Shown here piece by piece: positions 1 through 8,359 of a stretch of DNA of 55,896 nt; the first letter of the stretch is position 1, and every line of letters starts with the position of its first letter. This stretch comes from Patescibacteria group bacterium UBA1370 (GTDB taxonomy: Bacteria > Patescibacteriota > Microgenomatia > UBA1400 > PJMF01), in NCBI GenBank assembly GCA_002306315.1, contig DBRK01000003.1, positions 14,587 through 70,482 on the forward strand. The letters run 5' to 3'. A model generated the notes under the pieces. It was given only the letters and a program-made list of their open reading frames with translations. It searched no databases and was not told where the DNA came from. The position numbers and the translations under genes are program-made.

Positions 1-1841
1 TCCACTGTGGCACCTTCCTCAAAAGCTGTGCCTGAGATCGAAAATGGCACCACCGCCTGATCATTGGTTTCCGCATTTGGGTTTATGGATAAAACCTGGA
101 ACCCAGGCTCGATCAACTCGGCACTAGCAAATTTCACCCGCAGAGGATTGGTCATATTTTCTGTCCAAAGAAAATCAAGGCGATTTGAAATATTCTTTAA
201 AGCGGCCAAAGTATATTTTGGTGCATTTCCTAACACTATAGAAAGCGACGGGGCAGATGTGTATGCCGTTGCGGTCCGAGCCCTAATATAAAAATACTCT
301 CCCACTTCTCCAGCGACAGAGGTTGCTTCCCAGTCTTCCGGCGCTTCAAAAGCAATGAACCCTGATGAGGAAAAATTTGGCCCCTGTACAACATCAATTT
401 CTAGGTCACTCCAGACACTTCCGTCCCAATATTCCCATGAAATCACTCCGCCAGAACCTGCGGAGTTCATAATCCAAGAAGCGGTATTAAAGGCAATATT
501 TTTTCCAAAATAAAAGGCATCACCCTCATCAGCTCCAACGGTGACGTTTCCGGTAATCTCGGATAGTTCTGCTAATTTGCTGGAGTAAGCATCGTTGTCA
601 TAAAGCCATATCGTGTCCAATGTCCCCTGAGTATTAGATAATTTTGTCCCTTGGGAATCAAAATTTTCACTCGCAAATGGAGCAACTCCTTTTTTGTAAT
701 ATAGTGTCCCACCTAGATTGTTGCTTCCAGACGGGCTATCTTCGTATAAAACGTAAACATTTGTTCCGTCTGTTGCAATGGCCAGAGAGATTCCTTTGCT
801 CTCGCTAATTTGGAATGGTGTACTCCATGACTCGCCATCATAGTGAGCATAAAAAGCATTGTCTGGTGGATTGCTGCTAGGACTGGTAGGAAAATAGGCA
901 AGATGAACTATCCCATTGTTATCACCAACAGCTGTATATGCTACTGTGTTGACACCGGATGATACGATTACTGTTTCTTCATTCCACTCACCAAAATCAT
1001 CTGAATCACTCCTGTCTCTCCAGAGCAATTGTCCGCCGTTATCCTGACTTGTATACACAACACCCAGGCTACTGCCGAACCTAACTATGCTGGGTATGAA
1101 ATAGGCATCAGAGCTGCCAGTTCCGGAAAGTCCGCTGCCTGATTGCGTCCAGTTGGCAGTTGATGTAGGCGTAAGTCCGTTTGAATAATAAGCTACAACT
1201 CGATATGAGGACGTCGAATTTTCAAAATATCTTGCAACAATCCAAATTCTGTTATTTCCCTCGATTTCAATATCCGACCAACCATAACCAGATACGGTAT
1301 TTTGCCCATCTAAGACTATGTGCGATGATCCAAGCGTCCAACTTGATCCGACACCCTTGGCCAACTTTTTGTAGGTGACATCTGTCTGGTTTCCCGCTCC
1401 AGGACTTACCCTAGAGACCACAAGGTGAATATTATCAGAGGAGTCAACAACTGCAGACACTACGTCATTGCCATTGGATGCAATTTGTGTACCACAGCTC
1501 CATGTTTCTCCGTCGTCAAGTGAATACAACCAAACTAGGTTATTGGTTGTTCCGGTGTCGCAATTGATCGACACGGATCCTACATGAATGAAAGCATGCA
1601 AAGTGCCATCTGATGTTGACACCAAGCGTTTATTTGTCGCTAATCCTGCTGCCCGCACCTGTTGCGAACTAGTAACGGTTGTGGGTAGATCGTCTGCAGT
1701 CAGAGCAAGTACTTGACTGGCTGTATACATTAACCCAATCCAAGCAAACAAACCAATTAGGAGGCATGACAAGATTTTTGCAACAGAAATCTGTTCCCGT
1801 TTTATCAAGCGTGAATGTAAGCCAACCATTTGTTTTCTCAT
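1..1841 (-). CDS. secreted BNR/Asp-box repeat (sialidase-like beta-propeller) protein; 3' end runs off the left edge
   Basis: Absent from the ORF track because there is no stop in the window. My minus-strand translation from the ATG (complement of 1839-1841, GGAGAG directly upstream) stays open to position 1. It reads MRKQMVGLHSRLIKREQISVAKILSCLLIGLFAWIGLMYTA..., an N-terminal membrane anchor/signal. It contains an Asp-box, SLDDGETW, and repeated beta-strand-like segments. Confidence 0.6.
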   Translation of the reverse strand, partial: MRKQMVGLHSRLIKREQISVAKILSCLLIGLFAWIGLMYTASQVLALTADDLPTTVTSSQQVRAAGLATNKRLVSTSDGTLHAFIHVGSVSINCDTGTTNNLVWLYSLDDGETWSCGTQIASNGNDVVSAVVDSSDNIHLVVSRVSPGAGNQTDVTYKKLAKGVGSSWTLGSSHIVLDGQNTVSGYGWSDIEIEGNNRIWIVARYFENSTSSYRVVAYYSNGLTPTSTANWTQSGSGLSGTGSSDAYFIPSIVRFGSSLGVVYTSQDNGGQLLWRDRSDSDDFGEWNEETVIVSSGVNTVAYTAVGDNNGIVHLAYFPTSPSSNPPDNAFYAHYDGESWSTPFQISESKGISLAIATDGTNVYVLYEDSPSGSNNLGGTLYYKKGVAPFASENFDSQGTKLSNTQGTLDTIWLYDNDAYSSKLAELSEITGNVTVGADEGDAFYFGKNIAFNTASWIMNSAGSGGVISWEYWDGSVWSDLEIDVVQGPNFSSSGFIAFEAPEDWEATSVAGEVGEYFYIRARTATAYTSAPSLSIVLGNAPKYTLAALKNISNRLDFLWTENMTNPLRVKFASAELIEPGFQVLSINPNAETNDQAVVPFSISGTAFEEGATV

Positions 1842-2058
1842 CTCTCCTGCAGCCAAATGCAAGAAAATCAGGTGAAAATTTTTCTCACTTTATTCATGCT
1901 AAAGGAATAATAATGAGATGTAAAGAGTTTTTTTTCAAAATTCTAGCCTGGTGGCGTGCAAATCTTAACAAATTTGTGTGATATCGGTCATAAAATGGGA
2001 AAGGTAGAGGAATTTTTGGTATTTTGCCAAAAAACAAAGCTATTTTTAGTATAGATTG

Positions 2059-2132
2059 TGAGCCAGCTGGGACTCGAACCCAGGACACCCTGCTTAAGAG
2101 GCAGGTGCTCTAACCGACTGAGCTACTGGCCC
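2059..2132 (-). tRNA. tRNA-Lys (anticodon CTT)
   Basis: Manual cloverleaf, 74 nt: acceptor GGGCCAG/CTGGCTC, anticodon loop CT-CTT-AA, T-loop GGTTCGAGTCC. No encoded CCA. Confidence 0.9.
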
Positions 2133-2204
2133 GTATTAAGTTAACCGAATTGTCGCCTGGGATTTTACCATAATCTTAGCTCCCACGGCAGTTGTGTTTG
2201 TGTG

Positions 2205-2276
2205 TGCGCCCGGAGGGAATCGAACCCCCATAACTTGTTCCGAAGACAAGTGCCTTATCCTTTAGACCACGGGCGC
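2205..2276 (-). tRNA. tRNA-Arg (anticodon TCG)
   Basis: Manual cloverleaf, 72 nt: acceptor GCGCCCG/CGGGCGC, anticodon stem CTTGT/ACAAG, loop CT-TCG-GA, T-loop GGTTCGATTCC. Confidence 0.85.
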
Positions 2277-2387
2277 TATATATATGTTAATTTTCAGCGG
2301 TAGTTTGGCTTCTCACCAGAGAGGTATATTTTACCGCAAACCTGCAGTGGAGTATAGCTTGCACTAATAACCGAAGCGCTCTTCGCC

Positions 2388-2415
2388 ATGACAATCCATT
2401 TACCAGTGCTATAAT
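2388..2415 (+). promoter_or_regulatory. sigma70-like promoter (ATGACA - 16 nt - TATAAT, TG-extended) for the 2428 gene
   Basis: ATGACA at 2388-2393 and TGcTATAAT ending at 2415. The ATG lies only 12 nt downstream and no SD is visible. Confidence 0.5.
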
Positions 2416-2427
2416 GTATGAGTAATT

Positions 2428-3150
2428 ATGACAACTAATTACTATCCTCTCATAGAAAAAATTCTCCGCTCATTCAACCTCCGCAAAAACCTCTCTAAAA
2501 AGGAATCACTAATAGCCGCCGAAAGCTCATTTGTCACACCTTTCATTACAGTCGCCCGCGAACCCGGCAGCGGCGGTGCTCCTATCGCCAGACGGGTCGC
2601 GGAATTGCTTAATTTTGAATATGTTGACGAACAACTTGTTGATGAAATTGCCAAATCCACCAAAAAACGCAAATCAATCATCTCGGCTGTCGACGAAAAA
2701 GCCCGCACTCAAGTCCAGGACCTTGTCCACGCCGTTCTTAACAAGGAATATGTCGAGGATACCAAGTATGTCACCGAGCTCGTCCGTCTTATTCTGGTCT
2801 ACGCCCACAAAGGCCGGACAGTGATTCTGGGTAGGGGAGGGAACTTTATCACTCCTTTTGCCAAAGGCCTGCATGTCAACATTGTCGCACCCTATGAAAT
2901 CCGAGTGCAGCGGGCAATTGACTTCGAAGGCCACAGCCGGGAAAAAGCCAAGCAGGTTATCGCCGAAGTCGAAAGAGAACGGGAGGAATTCATCCGCCAG
3001 TACTTTAACAGCAGTACCAGAAAGCGATCTGTATATGACATCACCATTAACACCGCCTACTTCCGGGTTGAAGAAGCATCCCGCGTGATCATTGCAGCGC
3101 TGAAGCAAAAATTTTCCCGATCCTTCCCTAAACTTGGGATACGCATCTAA
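2428..3150 (+). CDS. cytidylate kinase-like family protein
   Basis: 240-aa ORF with the P-loop-like segment ITVAREPGSGGAPIARRVAELL. The layout is typical of the cytidylate-kinase-like (Cytidylate_kin2) family. Confidence 0.55.
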   Translation: MTTNYYPLIEKILRSFNLRKNLSKKESLIAAESSFVTPFITVAREPGSGGAPIARRVAELLNFEYVDEQLVDEIAKSTKKRKSIISAVDEKARTQVQDLVHAVLNKEYVEDTKYVTELVRLILVYAHKGRTVILGRGGNFITPFAKGLHVNIVAPYEIRVQRAIDFEGHSREKAKQVIAEVEREREEFIRQYFNSSTRKRSVYDITINTAYFRVEEASRVIIAALKQKFSRSFPKLGIRI

Positions 3151-3192
3151 GTGATGTATAATTTGCAGTCATAACAATTATCAATAAACCGA

Positions 3193-3275
3193 GCCGAAGT
3201 GGCGGAATGGTAGACGCGCACGCTTCAGGAGCGTGTGGGGGCAACCCCGTGGAGGTTCAACTCCTCTCTTCGGCA
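3193..3275 (+). tRNA. tRNA-Leu (anticodon CAG)
   Basis: 83 nt: acceptor GCCGAAG/CTTCGGC, anticodon loop TT-CAG-GA, long variable arm TGGGGGCAACCCCGT, T-loop GGTTCAACTCC. Confidence 0.9.
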
Positions 3276-3276
3276 C

Positions 3277-4692
3277 ATGCAGATGCAGCGCTTTCAAAAA
3301 ACTGCCCCGTTGCTCCTTGCTTTTTGTTTCCTGTCTTTTGTGGTTTTGTCTTGGTGGCTTTTGTTCCGCGATGAAAGGGCGTTGGCTGGCATCGGCAGTT
3401 TTTATCCGGAATGGGGAAGTCGGTTAGTGGAAATAAGAGAATGGCTTCTGGCTCGGAGCCTGAATGTTTTGCCGACCTTGATTTTCGGATTGACGGGAAT
3501 TTTGGCCTTTGCCGCTTACTGGTTTTCATTGCATGTCAACATTTCCCAGCGTACCAGTATTATCTTTGCTGTCGCTTTTCCGCTGATTGTCTTTTTTTCT
3601 TATCCAATTTTGTCTACAGACATTTTTTCCTACATCTATTCGGATAGAGTGCTGGTTGAATACGGGCAAAATCCATGGTTGGTAAAGCCTGGGGTATTTC
3701 CTGATGATCCATTTGGCTTGCTTGCCGACTGGACTGAGCAAACTAAGGTCTATGGATTGGTGAACCAAATTATTTATCTTCCGGCAGCTGTACTAGGTGG
3801 AGGGAAGTTATTGCCAACTGTCGTGACGTATAAGCTAGTAGCATTGATCTATTTGCTATTAACTCTGGCTATTGTAATTGGGTTAGTGCGTGATCAAGAG
3901 GAAGTAAAACAAGCTAACATCATCCGCGCCCTCTTTTGGAATCCATTGCTGGTGTTGGAGTTTGCTGGGGCGGGTCACAATGATATCGCCATGGCCTTTT
4001 TCCTGCTCTTGAGCCTGGCTGCCTGGCAAAAAAATGTGATGTGGCTGGCGGGAATTATCTTGGCACTCTCTGTGCAGGTGAAACTAATCCCGCTGCTGAT
4101 TTTTGGATTTTTTGCATTGAGCTTGCTCCAGAAAAAGCAAATAAGACCACTCTTGGATTTTGGCCTGGGCTTTGCAGCCACCAATGCGCTGGCCTTCCTG
4201 ATCATAGGCATCAGTCCGCTGGAGTTTCTGTCTAGAGTTTTTTACAACACCACCGTTTACTGGCAGTCGCTGCCGGGATTGGTGAGTAGATTTATACCTG
4301 AGTTAGGCTTGCCATTTTCACTTATTTTTATTGGCGTGATTGCAATATTGGCGGCGTTGCAGTTCAAGAAAAATTGGTCGCCCATCATTACTTCTGCACT
4401 TGCCCTGAGCATTTATCTAGTTTTCTTCAACGCCGCCAACTGGAATTGGTATATCCTCTGGCCGTTTGTGCTGATCATGTTTGCCGAAGGAGCAGGGAAA
4501 TTGAAAAACTATCTGCTGCTGGCCACCTTCACCGATTTACTTGCTTACCCGCTGCTGTGGCTGTCACACCGCTTTGGGTACGGGCACCCGGGGTGGGAGG
4601 TGGCAATTTACACGATAATCTTTTGGATCCCGCTAGTGTTGATTAAGTTTAAACTTCCGCAAAAACTCAACCCGACACCTTTACTGGATTAG
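3277..4692 (+). CDS. polytopic membrane protein, GT-C-fold glycosyltransferase-like (DUF2029/GT87-like)
   Basis: The ORF-track start (GTG 3235) overlaps tRNA-Leu; the first ATG after the tRNA is 3277. There are many hydrophobic helices. The segment GAGHNDIAMAFFLLLSLAAW resembles polyprenol-phosphate-sugar-dependent glycosyltransferases. Confidence 0.45.
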   Translation: MQMQRFQKTAPLLLAFCFLSFVVLSWWLLFRDERALAGIGSFYPEWGSRLVEIREWLLARSLNVLPTLIFGLTGILAFAAYWFSLHVNISQRTSIIFAVAFPLIVFFSYPILSTDIFSYIYSDRVLVEYGQNPWLVKPGVFPDDPFGLLADWTEQTKVYGLVNQIIYLPAAVLGGGKLLPTVVTYKLVALIYLLLTLAIVIGLVRDQEEVKQANIIRALFWNPLLVLEFAGAGHNDIAMAFFLLLSLAAWQKNVMWLAGIILALSVQVKLIPLLIFGFFALSLLQKKQIRPLLDFGLGFAATNALAFLIIGISPLEFLSRVFYNTTVYWQSLPGLVSRFIPELGLPFSLIFIGVIAILAALQFKKNWSPIITSALALSIYLVFFNAANWNWYILWPFVLIMFAEGAGKLKNYLLLATFTDLLAYPLLWLSHRFGYGHPGWEVAIYTIIFWIPLVLIKFKLPQKLNPTPLLD

Positions 4693-4731
4693 GGTTCTCG
4701 AGTATACTATCCCACATTAATTAACAAATGT

Positions 4732-4813
4732 GCCCAGGTGGTGAAACTGGTATACACGCAGTCTTGAGGAGGCTGTGCCGCAAGGCGTGGAGGTTCAAGT
4801 CCTCTCCTGGGCA
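4732..4813 (+). tRNA. tRNA-Leu (anticodon GAG)
   Basis: 82 nt: acceptor GCCCAGG/CCTGGGC, anticodon stem CAGTC/GGCTG, loop TT-GAG-GA, long variable arm, T-loop GGTTCAAGTCC. Confidence 0.85.
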
Positions 4814-4849
4814 CACGATAATTAAACATATTGAACTAAGGAGATAGAC

Positions 4850-5143
4850 ATGACAAACCGTGTTGATAGAGAGCCTCATCCTAGACGTGATAAATTAAAC
4901 AGTGTTACAGAGGACCCCTGTACACACCAATATAAAGTAGTTGTTGCTCGCACAAACAGAAGTGGCGCTCGTCTCCCTGATGTTTGTTTAGAAGTGACTC
5001 CGCAAGAAGCTGAATCATTAAGACCGGGAACAATATTCTCAGAACTTCCTCCTAATATCCAGCAAAGAATAATAAATGGAGAAGAGGAATTACCTAGGGG
5101 CTGTCTCCCTGGAATTCTAAGTTTTTTTCGGGTCGTTAAATAA
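4850..5143 (+). CDS. hypothetical 97-aa protein
   Basis: ORF with a strong SD (AAGGAGA 6-7 nt upstream of the ATG). I recognise no family. Confidence 0.5.
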   Translation: MTNRVDREPHPRRDKLNSVTEDPCTHQYKVVVARTNRSGARLPDVCLEVTPQEAESLRPGTIFSELPPNIQQRIINGEEELPRGCLPGILSFFRVVK

Positions 5144-5163
5144 CCAAAAACAAGAACTACTTT

Positions 5164-5237
5164 GGCCGCTTAGCTCAGTTGGTTAGAGCGTCCGGTTTAC
5201 ATCCGGGAAGTCGGGGGTTCGAGTCCCTCAGCGGCCA
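5164..5237 (+). tRNA. tRNA-Val (anticodon TAC)
   Basis: 74 nt: acceptor GGCCGCT/AGCGGCC, D-loop AGCTCAGTTGGTTAGAGC, anticodon loop TT-TAC-AT, T-loop GGTTCGAGTCC. Confidence 0.9.
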
Positions 5238-5369
5238 CAAAGGGAACAGGGCGCCTGGCTTTCAACCAGGTGTAAAAGAAATCGACCGAATCTATTATAA
5301 TGATAGAGACGTGAAAGGATTGGAAAAATTCAGTTCGCAAGGTACGATTAAAGCCTGATCGTTATATAT

Positions 5370-5445
5370 GCCAAGCTAGCCAAGGTGGTCACGGCGCATG
5401 TCTGAAAAACATGAGATTGAGGTTCGACTCCTCAGCTTGGCACCA
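5370..5445 (+). tRNA. tRNA-Phe (anticodon GAA), CCA encoded
   Basis: Acceptor GCCAAGC/GCTTGGC, anticodon stem CATGT/ACATG, loop CT-GAA-AA, T-loop GGTTCGACTCC, 3' ACCA encoded. The D-arm is somewhat atypical (3-bp stem). Confidence 0.8.
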
Positions 5446-5464
5446 TCCCCGGTGCCCTTTCCAG

Positions 5465-6298
5465 CTACAACCCAGGCCACTGCCTGATGGCAGCCTGATA
5501 GGCCTTTTTGTCCGTAACATCGGACCAAAATCCCTGAAAAAGAAAAGCACTCAGCTGTCCTTCGACAGCCAAGTCCGGCAATACTTCTGCTTCCATACTG
5601 AAAGATTTACTTTTTGGAAAACGCTTCAACAATTCTGGTTTCACCACATAGATACCGGTATTAACGATGCTAATACCGCCAACCTCGCCACGTTCCATAA
5701 ATCGGACAATTTTATTTCCTTGTAGAAAAGCTTGGCCATAGTTTTTTTCGCTGATCCGCGGCTTAACGCTCAATGTCACTAGGGTATCCTCCCGCAGATG
5801 AAAAGAAAATAGATCGCTGAGGTTGATATCCGTGAGCACGTCGCCATGCACCACTAAAAATGGGTTGCCCCGCAACAATGACTCGGCTCTTTTGAGAACA
5901 CCGGCGGTGCCAAGTGGTTTTTTCTCAGCCAGATAACGAATCTCGATCCCGAACTTATCCCCTGTACCGAAAATCTCCTTAACCTCCCGCTCAGCTTGAC
6001 CTGCCGCTATCAAAACTTCCCTGATGCCATGATGTCGGAGATTTTCCAAAGTCACCGCCAACAACGGCCGTCCGGCGATATTCTGCAGTCCCGCAATATT
6101 TTTCTTGGCTTCTGGACCGCCAGCCAAAATTACTGCCGTAGTTATACTTGGCTGCAACCCAGTCCTCACCAACAGCTCTATGGCATGGGATCGGTTACGG
6201 ATGGTTTTGCCATCCACCTGATTATCAACTTGATGAAGTAGATCGGTGGGCAGGGTGATAGTGAGTCTAGATTTTTGCCGCATTTCATACATTATCAT
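5465..6298 (-). CDS. sugar-phosphate nucleotidyltransferase with N-terminal ribbon-helix-helix (CopG-like) domain
   Basis: 277 aa. The N-terminus RLTITLPTDLLHQVDNQVDGKTIRNRSHAIELLVR is RHH-like. It is followed by AVILAGGPE...GRPLL, KPLGTAG and VVHGDVL, motifs of the NTP-transferase fold. Confidence 0.65.
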   Translation of the reverse strand: MIMYEMRQKSRLTITLPTDLLHQVDNQVDGKTIRNRSHAIELLVRTGLQPSITTAVILAGGPEAKKNIAGLQNIAGRPLLAVTLENLRHHGIREVLIAAGQAEREVKEIFGTGDKFGIEIRYLAEKKPLGTAGVLKRAESLLRGNPFLVVHGDVLTDINLSDLFSFHLREDTLVTLSVKPRISEKNYGQAFLQGNKIVRFMERGEVGGISIVNTGIYVVKPELLKRFPKSKSFSMEAEVLPDLAVEGQLSAFLFQGFWSDVTDKKAYQAAIRQWPGL

Positions 6299-6333
6299 AC
6301 ACTACGCGGCGAGAGAGATTTTTCTTGACAATA

Positions 6334-7341
6334 CTAATGAGCTTGGCTGATGGCAGCTGTTCCGGATCCGTAAACTTTTTCCAACGCCAGCCGCAGCGCC
6401 CGATATTGAACGGTTGGATTGTTGTTCTCATCCAGAAAACTAAAACCCGCAAATGGACCCGGCGCACCTTTAAGTATAAATGGTGTCACTGCAACTACGT
6501 CAGGATGAGACCAGACCCTGGCTAAGGCATAGCTGTAATATGCAGGCAGGAAATACTGGAGGTGCCGTGTTTGCTCCCAGCCGGTTTCAGTAATAAAAAC
6601 CTTGAAATTTTTTCCGGTTTTATCTTTGAGATAGGCTAGCTCATATTCAAAACCATTGAGAGCATTTTTAGCCTTGCGGTTTGGCGCCGCGGCAAATCCT
6701 GGATTGGGGTAGGAGTGCGAGTTCCAGGCATCTGCATAAGAAAAGATTTCATTGTCAAACTTATGCATCCGGTTCAGGAAAGCAAAAGCCTCCATAGTAT
6801 TTGCGCCATTCGGAGCTGCCAAGTCCATAGCAGCCGGCAACACCACAAAGTTTTCATCAGTGGTTTTCGCCCAACTGCTGGCAAAACGGAAGAGTCGGGC
6901 ATAGCCCTCTGGATCCAGCTTGCCTCCCCATTCTTTGGCGTGATTAACCTCGTTGAGAATAACAATATACTTGTCTTCAGTCGGCCATTTTAATTTGGCT
7001 AAGACATTGATTTGTTTAACAATGTCATGTCGGGTTGGTTCTTCCCAATAATCTTCTTTGGCGGTAGTAGCCAAGCGCATGATTGGAATCAGCTTTTCCT
7101 CGCGGGCTTGGTTTAAAAACCGCTGCCAGTGCTCAGGACGGTTGGAGTCTCCCACCGTAAAGGGGATGGTTACATAATGCCATTCATCCTGATGATCCTC
7201 GAGCGCCACTAAATCCTTGGCTTCATCGGTTTCATCAGCATGAAGAATATGAACACCTATCTTGCTTACTTGGCGGGCTTGAACCGGGAAGGGCAGAAAC
7301 ATGGCTGCCAACAGAAAAAATAGCAGCGGCAACATTTTCAT
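6334..7341 (-). CDS. secreted clan GH-A (TIM-barrel) glycoside hydrolase-like protein
   Basis: I trimmed the 459-aa ORF-track frame to the internal ATG at 7341, giving MKMLPLLFFLLAAMFLPFPVQA, a signal peptide. NEVNH and ITETGW match the acid/base and nucleophile Glu motifs of clan A hydrolases. A TATAAT lies 9 nt upstream of this ATG. Confidence 0.55.
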   Translation of the reverse strand: MKMLPLLFFLLAAMFLPFPVQARQVSKIGVHILHADETDEAKDLVALEDHQDEWHYVTIPFTVGDSNRPEHWQRFLNQAREEKLIPIMRLATTAKEDYWEEPTRHDIVKQINVLAKLKWPTEDKYIVILNEVNHAKEWGGKLDPEGYARLFRFASSWAKTTDENFVVLPAAMDLAAPNGANTMEAFAFLNRMHKFDNEIFSYADAWNSHSYPNPGFAAAPNRKAKNALNGFEYELAYLKDKTGKNFKVFITETGWEQTRHLQYFLPAYYSYALARVWSHPDVVAVTPFILKGAPGPFAGFSFLDENNNPTVQYRALRLALEKVYGSGTAAISQAH

Positions 7342-7480
7342 AGTTCTAATATTATAGGATAACATACTTGCAGCCTTTTGTCGAGTATGCCAACTTGGAT
7401 TCCAGGTTTGCAGCAGCCTTTTGCTATACTCTAATGTACAATCGATAAGCTGCAAGGAATGTAACAAATCTGTAAGGGTT

Positions 7481-8188
7481 ATGAAAGCGGTATTACTGGC
7501 TCTATCTTGGATCATCTTGTCCTCAGGCGTCATCATGACCAGCATTGCAGGCATTGCTTTTGTCGGCTTTCCCAATGCTGAGGATGGTGAAAATGCAATC
7601 CAGCAGGAAGTGGTCAGCGGGTCATCACTGGAGCCAGTACGTATTGATAACGAAGGCGCGGGTTTGGCAGCAGTTATGGAGGCAGGAGACGCCCGGGCAC
7701 AAATTGTGGCCAATTTCTTGGAGAGGCATGGTTCACCGCTGCAACCATATGACTACTACGGAGAATTCTTGGTGGGCTTGGCAGATAAATACGGCCTCGA
7801 TTTCCGTTTTCTGCCGGCTATCATGATGGAGGAGAGCAACCTTTGCCGGGTGACGCCAACCACGGCAGATGGCAGAGAGTCTTACAACTGCCTGGGTCTG
7901 GGGGTACACGCCCGCGGCGTTTGGGGGTTTAATTCATACGAGGAAAATCTCGAAGCAGCAGCAAATATTTTGAAGAAAAATTACATTGATCAAGGCAGAA
8001 AAACCACCCGCCAGGTGGCAGAAAAATATACTGCCAGCGTCGACAAGTGGACTAATTCTGTAAACCAGTGGATGGCAGAAATGCGCTACGATGACCGCTC
8101 GCTGGGTATCAAGAAAAAGACCAATGCCAATGTTGTCGAGTTTGCAACCGAGAGCGGGGAGTTGCAGATTTCACCAATCGCGCAGTAG
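7481..8188 (+). CDS. membrane-anchored lytic-transglycosylase-like (SLT-like) protein
   Basis: The internal ATG at 7481 gives MKAVLLALSWIILSSGVIMTSIAGIAFVGF, a TM anchor. AIMMEESNL resembles the catalytic E-S motif of SLT domains. The family assignment is weak. Confidence 0.35.
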   Translation: MKAVLLALSWIILSSGVIMTSIAGIAFVGFPNAEDGENAIQQEVVSGSSLEPVRIDNEGAGLAAVMEAGDARAQIVANFLERHGSPLQPYDYYGEFLVGLADKYGLDFRFLPAIMMEESNLCRVTPTTADGRESYNCLGLGVHARGVWGFNSYEENLEAAANILKKNYIDQGRKTTRQVAEKYTASVDKWTNSVNQWMAEMRYDDRSLGIKKKTNANVVEFATESGELQISPIAQ

Positions 8189-8202
8189 GCAATTTCTTGC
8201 CG

Positions 8203-8229
8203 TTGACTCTTATTTAGATAGTGTATAAT
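8203..8229 (+). promoter_or_regulatory. promoter-like module 1 (TTGACT - 15 nt - TATAAT)
   Basis: TTGACT at 8203-8208 and TATAAT at 8224-8229, the latter preceded by ATAGTG. Confidence 0.35.
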
Positions 8230-8248
8230 GATATGTTTTGTCACACTA

Positions 8249-8277
8249 TTGACAATTTCCTTATAGTGTTATATATT
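8249..8277 (+). promoter_or_regulatory. promoter-like module 2 (TTGACA - 17 nt - TATATT)
   Basis: Consensus -35 TTGACA at 8249-8254, a 17-nt spacer, and TATATT at 8272-8277, again preceded by ATAGTGT. Confidence 0.5.
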
Positions 8278-8283
8278 TAGTGT

Positions 8284-8354
8284 ACCTCTGAAGGTTCGAC
8301 CTCACCGGGACGTACGTTCAGAGACAAAAGCCCCGGCTTCGGCCGGGGTTTTTT
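8284..8354 (+). ncRNA. candidate small RNA (unknown family) between promoter module 2 and an intrinsic terminator
   Basis: The predicted start is ~7 nt after the -10. There is a hairpin CTCTGAA (8286-8292) / TTCAGAG (8317-8323), then the terminator hairpin. There is no plausible ORF and no downstream same-strand gene. Confidence 0.35.
8329..8354. terminator. intrinsic terminator, potentially bidirectional
   Basis: GC stem CCCCGGC (8331-8337), loop TTCG, GCCGGGG (8342-8348), then T6 on the + strand. An A-run upstream gives a weaker T-run for the minus-strand tRNA-Leu. Confidence 0.7.
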
Positions 8355-8359
8355 GTGTC

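Noticed and set aside
3235-3276. GTG start at 3235 for the membrane protein.
   Set aside because: It overlaps the 3' half of tRNA-Leu(CAG) (3193-3275). I used the first ATG after the tRNA instead.
5254-5270. Anticodon-arm-like hairpin CCTGG-CTTTCAA-CCAGG (would read TTC, Glu) between tRNA-Val and tRNA-Phe.
   Set aside because: No D-arm, T-arm (GTTC) or acceptor pairing can be built around it. It is probably a spacer hairpin or tRNA relic, not a tRNA gene.
7342-7713. The 124-aa N-terminal extension of ORF 6334-7713(-).
   Set aside because: The internal ATG at 7341 gives a classic signal peptide and has a TATAAT 9 nt upstream. The extension is low-complexity and overlaps the divergent 7481 gene's upstream region.
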